A DNA stretch of 64,000 bases from Thermodesulfobacteriota bacterium (lineage in GTDB: Bacteria > Desulfobacterota > Desulfobacteria > Desulfobacterales > C00003060): assembly GCA_034189385.1 (NCBI GenBank), contig JAXHVD010000010.1, forward strand, positions 64,001 through 128,000, given 5' to 3'. The translations under genes and the position numbers were made by a program. The notes below the pieces were generated by a model, which saw only the letters and a program-made list of their open reading frames with translations, searched no databases and was not told the DNA's origin. Below, piece after piece: positions 1 through 9,340 of this stretch (the stretch's first letter is position 1; every line of letters starts with the position of its first letter).

Positions 1-230
1 TTTATCCTTCATGTTGAGCCGCCGGCCCCCCAAGGATGAGATCCCTGGAGCCGGGGGGGAAACGAGATCGGGCGTTTCTGGATGCTGGAGACTCCGTGGA
101 GGAAATCTCCTTTGGCGCTGGCGCACAGGGTCGGGGTATGCTAGGTAGGGTGCCGACAGTGGGCGGTTTACCTGTTCCTTACTGAAGGCCTGTGGAAGCG
201 TCCGGACTAGCTTTGGGCGGTGCTCTGAAT

Positions 231-1883
231 ATGGACGGAAGGGACCTGAAAAGAGAGAGGACCACTTTGGAAAAGGCCCTTCTTACCAAAGAGTTGGATT
301 TCAGTGCCGCCTATATGACCGCAAGCGACCTGCACGGCCTTCTTAAGAGACATCCTGAGCTCATCCGTCCAAAGACCGTTCAAGCCTTGGAAGGGCTCCT
401 CAAGGATTCACGATATGCTCCTCAAACGCAATCATTCTTTTTTTACAAAGAGGCCGCCGATGCCTTGGCTTCTATTGTCGTCCATGGCAATGGGAAACCG
501 AGTACAAACGTTGCGATCTCCGCCTTAAAGCAGTTGCTTGCCACTGCGATCGGCGATTCTAAAAGGGCCTGTGCTGAGGCCTTGGGCTCTCTTCCGGTCT
601 TTATTGCAGGTCCCAAGAAAAGGCAAGAGGCCGTAGAGGACGTACCCCATGTAACGTGGCAGGCCCTATTGGAACAACGGGGTATCTGCAAGGGCAACGC
701 CCCCGAGGTGATGGGCAGAAGCCTGGTCCTTTCAACGGATCAAGGGAATCGCCTCTTGGTACTAAAGGTGGCCTTTTCAGAACATCCGGCCCAGTCCATC
801 TATGAAGAAGCGGTCTGGATGGCACATCTTTCTTCGCAAGGCTATGATTTTCCCGTTAGATTCAATATTCCGAGGGCCATCAGAATGCACGGCAGCTATA
901 TCTTCGCCTTAGAGGATCTGCCACAAGAAATGTATTCAAGAGGGGCCCTGAATCTGACGGCTCATGCCGTGGGCTTTATTGCCCATCGGGATTACTTCAC
1001 CTATCCCAACGACCATAGGAAAGAAAAACGGCTGACTGAAGAGGAGTTTAGGGAAGTCATGTCCAGAAATGCTTGGCTTTTTGGGAAACTGGCCTCTATG
1101 GGCATTGTCCATTCGGCGCCAATCCCCCTCTTTCACAATCGAGTCCAAAGGACCAGGCGGGCCGATCATGGGCTTTACGAATGGCAACGAGGGGGCAGGC
1201 TGGACAGGTGGCTTGACTCATGCCTCTATCCCAATTTTGGTGTCACAGGCATCAGAGACTTTGAACACCTCGTCGCCTTCAAGGGACCAAGTCGACAGAT
1301 CTACTTTCGTGTCGGCACGCAGATATTGAGCCTGCTCCTTGTCACAGGCAGCTATTTTCGACACAAAGATAGAACAAGAGTGGGACTGGATGACCACGGA
1401 AATCCAGTGGATGCTCGGGACCTTTTTGACAAGCCATTGCTCAGAGACCTTCTTCAGGAAATTTTTCTAAACTATTACAATGGGTTTGTGGGAGAGGCCT
1501 TTGATGGAGGATGTCCCGTAGATGGTGAGGTCATAGCCTGCCGCATGATTGAAGAAATGGGTGTGGACCGCTATATGGAAGAGGTCCTAAGGGTCGTGGA
1601 CCAAAGAGAAATGACAGATGAAGCCTTCAGGGCATTCTTGACCACAAGGGGCTATACAGGGGAACAGGTCCAAGGTTTCACAAAAGGCGTTGAAGACATC
1701 GTCATCTTGAGCGGCCCCCATTTGGGTGGATTCAATGAACGGATCAGTCTGCCCGAGCTCATTGACGCCGTTGGGACCATGTCCGCCCTGTGCATGGTTG
1801 GCAGATACTCCAAGGAAAAGCCTTCTAGTAAGGATCACGCAGAAGGATGTGGGAAGTCCTTAGAACAGCGAAAAGCGTTGTAG
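231..1883 (+). CDS. SidJ-related pseudokinase
   Basis: Motifs GIVHSAPIPLFHNRVQ, GRLDRWLDSCLYPNFG and GIRDFEH plus C-terminal GPHLGGFN, as recalled for the bacterial SidJ-related family. ATG 231 preferred over GTG 192. Confidence 0.75.
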   Translation: MDGRDLKRERTTLEKALLTKELDFSAAYMTASDLHGLLKRHPELIRPKTVQALEGLLKDSRYAPQTQSFFFYKEAADALASIVVHGNGKPSTNVAISALKQLLATAIGDSKRACAEALGSLPVFIAGPKKRQEAVEDVPHVTWQALLEQRGICKGNAPEVMGRSLVLSTDQGNRLLVLKVAFSEHPAQSIYEEAVWMAHLSSQGYDFPVRFNIPRAIRMHGSYIFALEDLPQEMYSRGALNLTAHAVGFIAHRDYFTYPNDHRKEKRLTEEEFREVMSRNAWLFGKLASMGIVHSAPIPLFHNRVQRTRRADHGLYEWQRGGRLDRWLDSCLYPNFGVTGIRDFEHLVAFKGPSRQIYFRVGTQILSLLLVTGSYFRHKDRTRVGLDDHGNPVDARDLFDKPLLRDLLQEIFLNYYNGFVGEAFDGGCPVDGEVIACRMIEEMGVDRYMEEVLRVVDQREMTDEAFRAFLTTRGYTGEQVQGFTKGVEDIVILSGPHLGGFNERISLPELIDAVGTMSALCMVGRYSKEKPSSKDHAEGCGKSLEQRKAL

Positions 1884-2809
1884 CAAAGAGCCGACATGTG
1901 CAGATTGACAAGGAGGCCCTGGCACGATTCTGCCAAAACCTGGTCAATGAGGCCATCACCATTCCCTCTTGGAATAGAAGGTACCATTTTTCCGGGAACA
2001 AAGACGATACCGTCTCCTACCTATTGGTCCTGGACAGCCTGAATTTCTGCTTCTGGCCCAGTTCTGGAAAGGCGAAGTGGAACATCGACTACGGGCAGAA
2101 ACAGCTCTCTGGCTACTATGCCCTGGCAGCCTCTCTCAAAAAGACGTTCAAGTCCGGAATCCCTGTGGGCAAGGCAGACTACCTGAGGGCCCTTACCCTG
2201 GACGAACTAAGAAGGATTCTAGGCGGACAAGGGGAATTGCAACTCATGGAACGTCGTCTACAAATCCTCCACGAACTGGGCCAGGTCTTGATCTCAGATT
2301 TCAGGGGTAAGGCATCCCAGTTGGTCGTCTGTGCTGGCCAATCCGCCATCCGCTTGGCTCGACTGTTGGCCGAGAAACTGACATCATTTCAAGATGTTTC
2401 AAAACATGAGGGGGAGAAGGTCTTCTTCTACAAACGGGCCCAGATATTTGCTGCTGACCTTCACGGCGCATTTGATGGCAAAGACGAGGGGGCCTTTCAG
2501 GACATGGACCAACTCACTGCCTTTGCCGATTACAAACTGCCCCAGGTGCTGCGTCACGCCGGTATCCTTCGATACTCAGGGGCGCTCGTTGAAAAGGTGG
2601 ACCAAGAGGTCCTCCTTGAGCCAGGAAGTCCAGAGGAGGTAGAGATCCGGGCCAACACCATCTGGGCCGTGGAACTTATCCGGCTGGAACTGGAGGGCAT
2701 GGGAAAATCCCTCAGGGCCTTTGAGATCGATTGGCTCCTCTGGAATCTGGGACAAGGATCGGTGTGTAGGATAAAACCCTATCACAAGACAGTGACCATT
2801 TTTTACTGA
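1847..2809 (+). CDS. Queuosine salvage protein (QNG1/DUF2419, Q nucleotide N-glycosylase/hydrolase)
   Basis: Motifs LDSLNFCFW, SGYYAL, FYKRAQI, LTAFADYKLPQVL, EEVEIRA and D-WLW; next to tgt; overlaps the upstream gene by 37 nt. Confidence 0.9.
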   Translation: MWEVLRTAKSVVAKSRHVQIDKEALARFCQNLVNEAITIPSWNRRYHFSGNKDDTVSYLLVLDSLNFCFWPSSGKAKWNIDYGQKQLSGYYALAASLKKTFKSGIPVGKADYLRALTLDELRRILGGQGELQLMERRLQILHELGQVLISDFRGKASQLVVCAGQSAIRLARLLAEKLTSFQDVSKHEGEKVFFYKRAQIFAADLHGAFDGKDEGAFQDMDQLTAFADYKLPQVLRHAGILRYSGALVEKVDQEVLLEPGSPEEVEIRANTIWAVELIRLELEGMGKSLRAFEIDWLLWNLGQGSVCRIKPYHKTVTIFY

Positions 2810-2949
2810 TACAAGTTGGCGTCTCAGGGCTAGAAAAGAAGCGCACCCTTATCAACCGTTAGAAATAACTACTAAAAGTGTTCTGAGGTTTCTAGAAAAC
2901 GGAAGAACCCTGCCTTGAACCTTTTTGATGCAATGGGAGCCTCGGGAGA

Positions 2950-3044
2950 GGGAAATCCGCTTCTCTTCGGCCTCCAATGCCTTTCGTTGCTGCGGGGAGA
3001 TGGTTCGTGGTAATGGCTGTAGGTCTCCGTTCAGCGAATTTCCC
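2950..3044 (+). repeat. ~95-nt imperfect hairpin upstream of tgt; second copy at 49073-49169
   Basis: Closing stem GGGAAATCCGCT/AGCGAATTTCCC; two sequence blocks shared with the reverse complement of 49073-49169. Confidence 0.7.
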
Positions 3045-3133
3045 ACCCCCTCTGTTGCGCATCCCGAGGAGGGATAGAAGTCTTGACAGGCCTACTTTTA
3101 GTGGAAACGAGGGGTGCGAAACTTGAGTTACTG

Positions 3134-4333
3134 ATGTTCTCATTTGAGGTATTAGCTGAACAAGGAAGGGCCCGGGCCAGCCGCTTGGTCACCCCTCATG
3201 GGCCTATCGACACCCCCTCCTTTGTCCCTGTGGGCACCCAGGGAACCGTCAAGACACTGTCGGGAGAAGATCTTCGTGGGATGGGAAGCCAGGTGGTGAT
3301 CACCAATGCCTACCATCTTCATCTCCAACCGGGCGAGGATGTAATCAAGAGACTTGGAGGGCTCCATGGATTCATGGGATGGGACGGCCCCCTGATGATG
3401 GATTCCGGGGGGTTTCAGATCTTCAGCCTCGGGGCAGGCAAAGAACATGGGGTGGGAAAGATCGCCCCGATCTTTCCGGAAGAGCAAGACCGGGGACGGC
3501 ACCTGCGTCCTGGTAAAGGAAAACGGCTAGTCAAGGTAGACGAGGAAGGGGTGGAATTTGTCTCGTACCTGGACGGCTCCAGACATCGTTTTACGCCCCA
3601 TGGCGTCCTCGAGATAGAGGAGAAGCTAGGGGCCGATATCATTTTAATCCTCGATGAGTGCACCTCTCCTCTCCACGACTACCGGTACACCGAGATGGCC
3701 ATGGAGCGGACCCACCGCTGGGCCCTCCAGGCCCTGGGGGCATTCCAGGGCTCTGGCAATAAAAGACAAGCCCTTTTTGGAATCGTTCAGGGTGGAATGT
3801 ATGAGGACCTGAGGCAAGAAAGTGCCTCCTTTATTGGAGATCAGAATTTCGACGGTTTTGCCATTGGTGGCTCCCTCGGCAGATCCAAGACAGAGATGCA
3901 CCAAGTGTTGGAGTGGGTTGTCCCTCTTCTGCCAGCAGAGAAGCCGCGCCATCTCCTGGGCATTGGCGACATGGACGACATCTTCCAGGTCGTAAACCGT
4001 GGAATCGATCTCTTCGACTGCGTGGCACCGACGCGTATGGCCCGCACGGGAACGGTTTTTTCCAAAGGGGCGAAACGTCATAGAATACATATCCTCAATG
4101 CCCAGTTCAGGGAAGACCGGCGCCCCATTGACGGGACATGCCACTGTCCCACCTGTCGCCACTACTCCAGGGCCTATCTGAGACACCTATTTATCGCCAA
4201 GGAGCTTCTGGGGGTGCGGCTGGCAACGATTCACAATGTCTGGTTCCTTGAATCGCTCATGGGCCAGATCCGAAGTGCTATCAGAGAAGGAAGGCTTGGG
4301 GACCTGGAAAGAGAATGGTGCCCTCAAACCTAG
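3134..4333 (+). CDS. tgt: tRNA-guanine(34) transglycosylase
   Basis: TPSFVPVGTQG, NAYHL, DSGGFQ, LDEC, GIVQGG, DLFDCV and Zn site CHCPTC...HN. Confidence 0.95.
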   Translation: MFSFEVLAEQGRARASRLVTPHGPIDTPSFVPVGTQGTVKTLSGEDLRGMGSQVVITNAYHLHLQPGEDVIKRLGGLHGFMGWDGPLMMDSGGFQIFSLGAGKEHGVGKIAPIFPEEQDRGRHLRPGKGKRLVKVDEEGVEFVSYLDGSRHRFTPHGVLEIEEKLGADIILILDECTSPLHDYRYTEMAMERTHRWALQALGAFQGSGNKRQALFGIVQGGMYEDLRQESASFIGDQNFDGFAIGGSLGRSKTEMHQVLEWVVPLLPAEKPRHLLGIGDMDDIFQVVNRGIDLFDCVAPTRMARTGTVFSKGAKRHRIHILNAQFREDRRPIDGTCHCPTCRHYSRAYLRHLFIAKELLGVRLATIHNVWFLESLMGQIRSAIREGRLGDLEREWCPQT

Positions 4334-4431
4334 TCCCTGGGGTCAGGTGAGATAGGGATCTTTTCGTCCTCCTCGACCCTTGGAGTGTCTCTGCCGGTGT
4401 GTTGCGGGCAACTGCCCTGCCCTGTCGTCCC

Positions 4432-4632
4432 TCAGGTGGATTTGCTCAAGACCTCTCCAACCCTAAAGAGCGTGTCCATCAGATGGCCTATCCGCCTGCG
4501 AAGCTCGACATATCCCTCTGCCGACAGTTCACCATCGCAAGCCCTGAGCGCTCTGATAGCCGCCTCTATCTTCTCGAGCGCCTCACTCTGTTTTGCAGAT
4601 GCCGTCAGAGAGCCATCCTCCTCTTTATCCAA
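4432..4632 (-). CDS. Small hypothetical helical protein (66 aa)
   Basis: AGGAGGAG ribosome-binding site upstream of a TTG start; helical composition. Confidence 0.55.
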   Translation of the reverse strand: MDKEEDGSLTASAKQSEALEKIEAAIRALRACDGELSAEGYVELRRRIGHLMDTLFRVGEVLSKST

Positions 4633-4712
4633 CTGATTTCTCCTCCTGTGGCAAGGCCCTGATCCGCTGCAAGGGCCCCATGAAGACTCCTGGGCCGTGA
4701 CCTTTTCGACCT

Positions 4713-4913
4713 GAGACCTTTGCAGAACCCCTTCTCACTTCATTCTGTGAGCGATTTGACCCATTTTTAGCCTTGCTCGCTAAATCGCAAAAAATCGCCC
4801 TAAGGGCCTCAAACAGTTTGCGATTTGCCCACTAGTGTGGGCCGCTCGCTGTGGCCAAATGGGTACCCCAAATAGCTCACAATTACCGTTCGAAAGAGTT
4901 ATGCAAAGGTCTC
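4713..4913. mobile_element. MITE-like element with IS5-like terminal inverted repeats and 5-bp target duplication
   Basis: TIRs GAGACCTTTGCAGAAC / GTTATGCAAAGGTCTC; flanking GACCT at 4708-4712 and 4914-4918; nested internal inverted repeats. Confidence 0.8.
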
Positions 4914-5125
4914 GACCTGCGTGGGGTGTAGTCGAAACGATAGATGGTCGACGGAGAAATGTCAATCGATATTAAACAGTTATGTTTTTTTGCTCGCCAA
5001 GACCGCGCCCCTGGGGCCAAGGGAGGACAGGGCAACACCGCCAGTCCACACAGGCATGTGACGCCCCTTTCAACCCATTTTTGGTTTGCCTAACGGGGCG
5101 CATTCTTATATGAAACAGCTTATTA

Positions 5126-5245
5126 GTGTCCATCCATACATGACATTCTTTGCACGAATAGTGCATCTCCGCGGTGTTGCTCCTGCGGTGAAAACCCTTG
5201 TACGGCCTTGCCTTAGGACAAGATCCACCCTTTCTGGATGGACAC
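5126..5245. repeat. MITE-like element (GTGTCCATCC...GGATGGACAC ends)
   Basis: 10-bp perfect terminal inverted repeat; ends resemble those of the elements at 20882 and 57357. Confidence 0.6.
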
Positions 5246-5395
5246 ACGCGAATGTGTTGTGTCGTCGAAAAAAAACGTTCGTGGAAGGGGATTGATGAGC
5301 TCTTTTTCGCAGGCCTGGGGAAATGACACCTTGATCCAGAAGCCTTTGGGTACGGCGCGGGTGATGTTGGAGACTCTGTTGGAAAGCCGACGGTC

Positions 5396-6058
5396 ATGCG
5401 TTACTATCCTGTAAACTTGGACGTCCGACACAGGGACTGTCTCGTGGTAGGAGGGGGGAGCGTCGCCGAGCGAAAGGTGCGAACCCTCCTTGAATGTGGG
5501 GCCAAGATTACAGTCATTACCCTGGACGCCACCGAACACCTTGAGGCACTAGGGACAAATAGTCATATTTCACTGAGATTCAAGGGGTATCAATCATCTG
5601 ACCTGGACGGAAGGTTTCTTGTCATTGGTGCCACGGACGACGAATTGACGAACCAGACCATCAGCCAGGACGCCGCAGCCCGAGGGATTCTCTGCAATAT
5701 CGCCGACCGTCCTGGAGTCTGCACGTTTGTCCTTCCTGCCATTGCCTGCCAAGGCGACTTGGTCATTGCCATTTCCACCTCAAATAAGAGTCCGGCAGTG
5801 GCAAAGTACATACGGCAAGCCATGGAAAAGGAATTCGGGCCGGAATATGCCGCGCTCTTGAACCTCATGGGAGCCATTCGCCAAAGGTTCATGGCCGAGG
5901 CAAAGAGCCCAGAGGCCCACAAGGAGCTCTTCGGCCGGTTGCTTGATAAGGGGCTTGTGGAAATGATCCGAGAGGATCGCCTTCAAGATGTAGACGCCCT
6001 ACTCAAAGAGGTGTTGGGAAACGGATATACGTGGAAGGATCTAGTGACAAGCCATTGA
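5396..6058 (+). CDS. sirC: Precorrin-2 dehydrogenase / sirohydrochlorin ferrochelatase (SirC/CysG N-terminal type)
   Basis: YYPVNL, VVGGGSVAERK, CNIADRP, IAISTSNKSPA; upstream of ccsA-hemA. Confidence 0.9.
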   Translation: MRYYPVNLDVRHRDCLVVGGGSVAERKVRTLLECGAKITVITLDATEHLEALGTNSHISLRFKGYQSSDLDGRFLVIGATDDELTNQTISQDAAARGILCNIADRPGVCTFVLPAIACQGDLVIAISTSNKSPAVAKYIRQAMEKEFGPEYAALLNLMGAIRQRFMAEAKSPEAHKELFGRLLDKGLVEMIREDRLQDVDALLKEVLGNGYTWKDLVTSH

Positions 6059-6109
6059 GGCGGTAGCAGCCTTGCTTTGACCTATGCTACTTTTGCGAGG
6101 GGACACGCT

Positions 6110-6898
6110 ATGAATCTTCTCTTTGCCTTAACTATTATCTGTTACCTTGCAAGCTCCCTGGGTTACCAGGGCTATATTCTATTCCAAAAAAGACCTATCC
6201 ACAGAATGGCCAATATCGTCCTGTGGGTTGGATTCTTGTCTCACACAGCGGTCATTGGGTTGCAGTGCGTCGAATCTGGACACATACCGGTTCAGAATCT
6301 CCACGAAACGCTGTCAACCTTTGGATGGGCAGTGGTTGGTGTCTTTCTGGCACTTCAACTGAAGTATCACCTGATGGTCCTGGGAGCCCTCGCGGCACCC
6401 TTGGCCACCCTTGCAGTCGTCATCGCTTCCATGTTGCCCAGGCCACCTGTAGAATTGGCCCCCCTCTTCAAGAGCTTGTGGCGAAGCCTGCACCTCGGGA
6501 CCCTGATTGTGGGAAACGCCGCCTTTGCCATTGCCTGCTCTGCGGGCATCTTGTATCTTATTCAGGAAAGGGCCATAAAAGACAAAAAGCCCGGGTTTTT
6601 CTTTCGCCGACTCCCGTCCCTCAAACTGCTTGACTCCGTGGGCTATGCAAGCCTTATCGTTGGATTTCCCATGCTCACCTTTGGAGTCATCACGGGCGTC
6701 ATCTACGCCCAGATGGTTCGAGGACGATTCTGGAGTTGGGACCCCGGAGAGATCCTCGGGGCCGTGACGTGGCTCGTTTACGCGGTCCTGCTTCACGAAC
6801 GGTTGGCAGTGGGATGGCAGGGAAGAAGGGCCGCCATTATGACGATTGTTGGATTCGCCATACTCCTGCTCACGTCTTTCTTATTCTTCTTGCGTTAG
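6110..6898 (+). CDS. ccsA: Cytochrome c biogenesis protein CcsA/HemX-like membrane protein
   Basis: Multi-TM protein with WWD-like FWSWDPGE and GWQGRRAA; sits between sirC and hemA. Confidence 0.85.
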   Translation: MNLLFALTIICYLASSLGYQGYILFQKRPIHRMANIVLWVGFLSHTAVIGLQCVESGHIPVQNLHETLSTFGWAVVGVFLALQLKYHLMVLGALAAPLATLAVVIASMLPRPPVELAPLFKSLWRSLHLGTLIVGNAAFAIACSAGILYLIQERAIKDKKPGFFFRRLPSLKLLDSVGYASLIVGFPMLTFGVITGVIYAQMVRGRFWSWDPGEILGAVTWLVYAVLLHERLAVGWQGRRAAIMTIVGFAILLLTSFLFFLR

Positions 6899-6932
6899 TG
6901 TGGTGGTTGAGGGGCCACTGGAGAGTCGAGGA

Positions 6933-8234
6933 ATGGTTGAAAAAAGGCATATTGTAGTCGTTGGCCTTAATCACAAAACAGCTCCAGTTGAGGTTAGAGA
7001 ACGCCTGGCATTTTCCAGCGAAGACACCCCCCATGTGCTGGAATCCGTATGCCAATGCCCCTCTGTGAACGAAATCCTGCTCTTTTCCACCTGCAACCGT
7101 GTAGAGTTTCTTTTAGCTACCCAGGATGTGGCCAAGGCGGTGGAGGCGGTAAAGGACTTCATGGCCGAGTTTAAGAAGACCCCCCTTCCAAGCTTTGAGG
7201 AATCCCTTTATGTGTACAGTGGCGACCAGGCGATCCGTCACATGTTTAGGGTGGCGTCAAGTCTCGACTCCATGGTGGTGGGAGAACCCCAGATTTTAGG
7301 GCAGGTCAAAGACTGTTACGGCCAGGCCTGTGATCACAGGACCTGTGGCGTGGTCCTGAACAGGCTCATGCACCGAGCTTTTTCTGTGGCCAAACGGGTG
7401 CGCACAGAGACCGGCATCGGCGACCATGCGGTGTCTATCAGCTATGCGGCAGTGGAGCTGGGTCGAAAGATCTTCGGCGAGCTAGAGGAAAAGGCGGTAT
7501 TGCTCATTGGCGCTGGCGAAATGGCAGAGCTTGCTGTTGAGCACCTGGTGAATAATCGGGCCAGGCCCATATTTGTAGCGAACCGGACCTTTGAGCGGGG
7601 ACTTGAGCTGGCTGAAGGTTTCAGGGGAACGGCCATTCGATTCGAAGAGGTCCGTGACTACCTCAAAGAGGTGGACATCGTGATAAGCTCAACGGGGGCA
7701 TCGGACTATATTCTAGTCCGCGACGATTTCAAGGGGCTAATGCGGGCCCGGAAGAATCGACCCCTGTTCTTCATTGACATTGCTGTCCCCCGGGATATCG
7801 ACCCCGAGATCAACCGTATCAACAACGTCTATGTCTATGACATTGATGATCTCAATAACGCCATTCAAGAGAATATAGACGAACGGCAACAGGAAGCTCT
7901 TAGGGGAGAACGCCTTGTCGACGGGGCTGTGATCCAGTTTCGCAGATGGTTCCAGGGCCTCGATGTGGTGCCCACCATTGTGGACCTCCGGGCCAAGGTG
8001 GAGGAGATCAGGCAAAGAGAACTCAAGAAGACCTTTGCAGCCCTCAACTCCGTATCTGAGGAAGACCGGGCAGCCATCGACCGGTTGACTGCAGCCCTGG
8101 TGAACAAGATCCTCCATGACCCTACGATCTTTTTGAAACAGAGCGGCTATAAGGAAAGAAAACCCCTCTATGTGGATATTACCCGCCGCCTCTTTAACCT
8201 GGATGAGGGCAATGGCGGAAAATCCGAGGGGTGA
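6933..8234 (+). CDS. hemA: Glutamyl-tRNA reductase
   Basis: GLNHKTAPVEVRE, STCNRVE, SLDSMVVGEPQILGQ, GAGEM, DIAVPRD. Confidence 0.97.
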   Translation: MVEKRHIVVVGLNHKTAPVEVRERLAFSSEDTPHVLESVCQCPSVNEILLFSTCNRVEFLLATQDVAKAVEAVKDFMAEFKKTPLPSFEESLYVYSGDQAIRHMFRVASSLDSMVVGEPQILGQVKDCYGQACDHRTCGVVLNRLMHRAFSVAKRVRTETGIGDHAVSISYAAVELGRKIFGELEEKAVLLIGAGEMAELAVEHLVNNRARPIFVANRTFERGLELAEGFRGTAIRFEEVRDYLKEVDIVISSTGASDYILVRDDFKGLMRARKNRPLFFIDIAVPRDIDPEINRINNVYVYDIDDLNNAIQENIDERQQEALRGERLVDGAVIQFRRWFQGLDVVPTIVDLRAKVEEIRQRELKKTFAALNSVSEEDRAAIDRLTAALVNKILHDPTIFLKQSGYKERKPLYVDITRRLFNLDEGNGGKSEG

Positions 8235-8291
8235 ACTGCAGCCGTGAGAATCACTCATCATGGCCAATAACCCTATGAAAGGAGCTGTGCG

Positions 8292-9233
8292 TTGAAGAAG
8301 AAAATAGCCTTTCTCTTTCCGGGACAGGGTTCGCAGGTGGTGGGTATGGCTCTGGATCTCTATGAGGAATATGACTTTGTCCGCGAGATTTTTGACATGG
8401 TGGATGAGGTGACAAAAAGCCATCTATCCAGACTCTGCTTTAAGGGCCCCATGGAAGAGCTGACCCTTACGGTGAATCTTCAGCCAGCGGTCACAGCGGT
8501 AAATCTGGCATGCCTTGCGGCCCTTCAGAAAGAGGGGGTCGAACCTGCCTTGACGGCCGGCCACAGCCTTGGAGAGTATAGTGCCTTGGCAGCCGCTCAG
8601 GTGACCAGCGCCCTGGACACCTGCAAACTGGTCTTCAAGAGGGGCCACTTGATGCACCGTGAGGCCACCAAGCACGCCGGGGCCATGCATGCCTTGCTGG
8701 GTCTGGATATTGATGCGGTGCGCCATATTGTGCAAGAGGCCAAAGAAAGGGGCGTTGTGGCCGTGGCGAATCATAATACAGATACGCAGATTGTCATTAC
8801 AGGCGCCCCCGACGCCGTGGATCACGCCTCTGCATTGGCAGCAGCCCAAGGAGCCAAGGCCATTCCACTGAAGGTAAGCGGGGCATGGCACAGTGAATTG
8901 ATCCGAGGGGCCGAGAAAGACTTCAAGGCCTTTTTGGAAGAAATCCCCTTCAACGTCCCCAACACGCCCGTGGTCTTCAATGTCACGGCAGATTCCGAAT
9001 CAGACCCGGACAAGATGAAGGAGATCATGGCGAGGCAGCTCTGCAGCCCCGTTCGATGGTATGATTCTGTATGCCACATGCAAGAGCAAGGGGTGGAGGT
9101 TTTTGTAGAAGTGGGCCCCAAAAAGGTATTAAGTGGCCTGCTTCGCAAGATTATCCCTGATACATATGCCCATGAACTGTATAATGTAGACGGGATGAAA
9201 GGACTGGAGCGCTTTTTGAAGGCTGTGACATAG
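8292..9233 (+). CDS. fabD: Malonyl-CoA-ACP transacylase
   Basis: FPGQGSQ, GHSLGE, VSGAWHS, EVGP. Confidence 0.95.
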   Translation: MKKKIAFLFPGQGSQVVGMALDLYEEYDFVREIFDMVDEVTKSHLSRLCFKGPMEELTLTVNLQPAVTAVNLACLAALQKEGVEPALTAGHSLGEYSALAAAQVTSALDTCKLVFKRGHLMHREATKHAGAMHALLGLDIDAVRHIVQEAKERGVVAVANHNTDTQIVITGAPDAVDHASALAAAQGAKAIPLKVSGAWHSELIRGAEKDFKAFLEEIPFNVPNTPVVFNVTADSESDPDKMKEIMARQLCSPVRWYDSVCHMQEQGVEVFVEVGPKKVLSGLLRKIIPDTYAHELYNVDGMKGLERFLKAVT

Positions 9234-9340
9234 GCCCGGTGGGACGTCTTCTTTCTTCACCAATCAATCCTTTGTTCGCAAGCGGTCATCACAAGGTTCC
9301 GCTAAATGTATGATGAGCGCTTTTGTTGGAGACTGTAGGC

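Noticed and set aside
2826..2915. preQ1-I riboswitch-like fragments upstream of tgt (AGGGCTAG...ACCCT; GAGGTTTCTAG)
   Set aside because: Stem, loop length and A-rich tail spacing do not fit the compact preQ1-I consensus.
4330..4434. Selenocysteine read-through of the TGA ending the 66-aa ORF
   Set aside because: No redox-motif context; the downstream sequence does not look protein-like.
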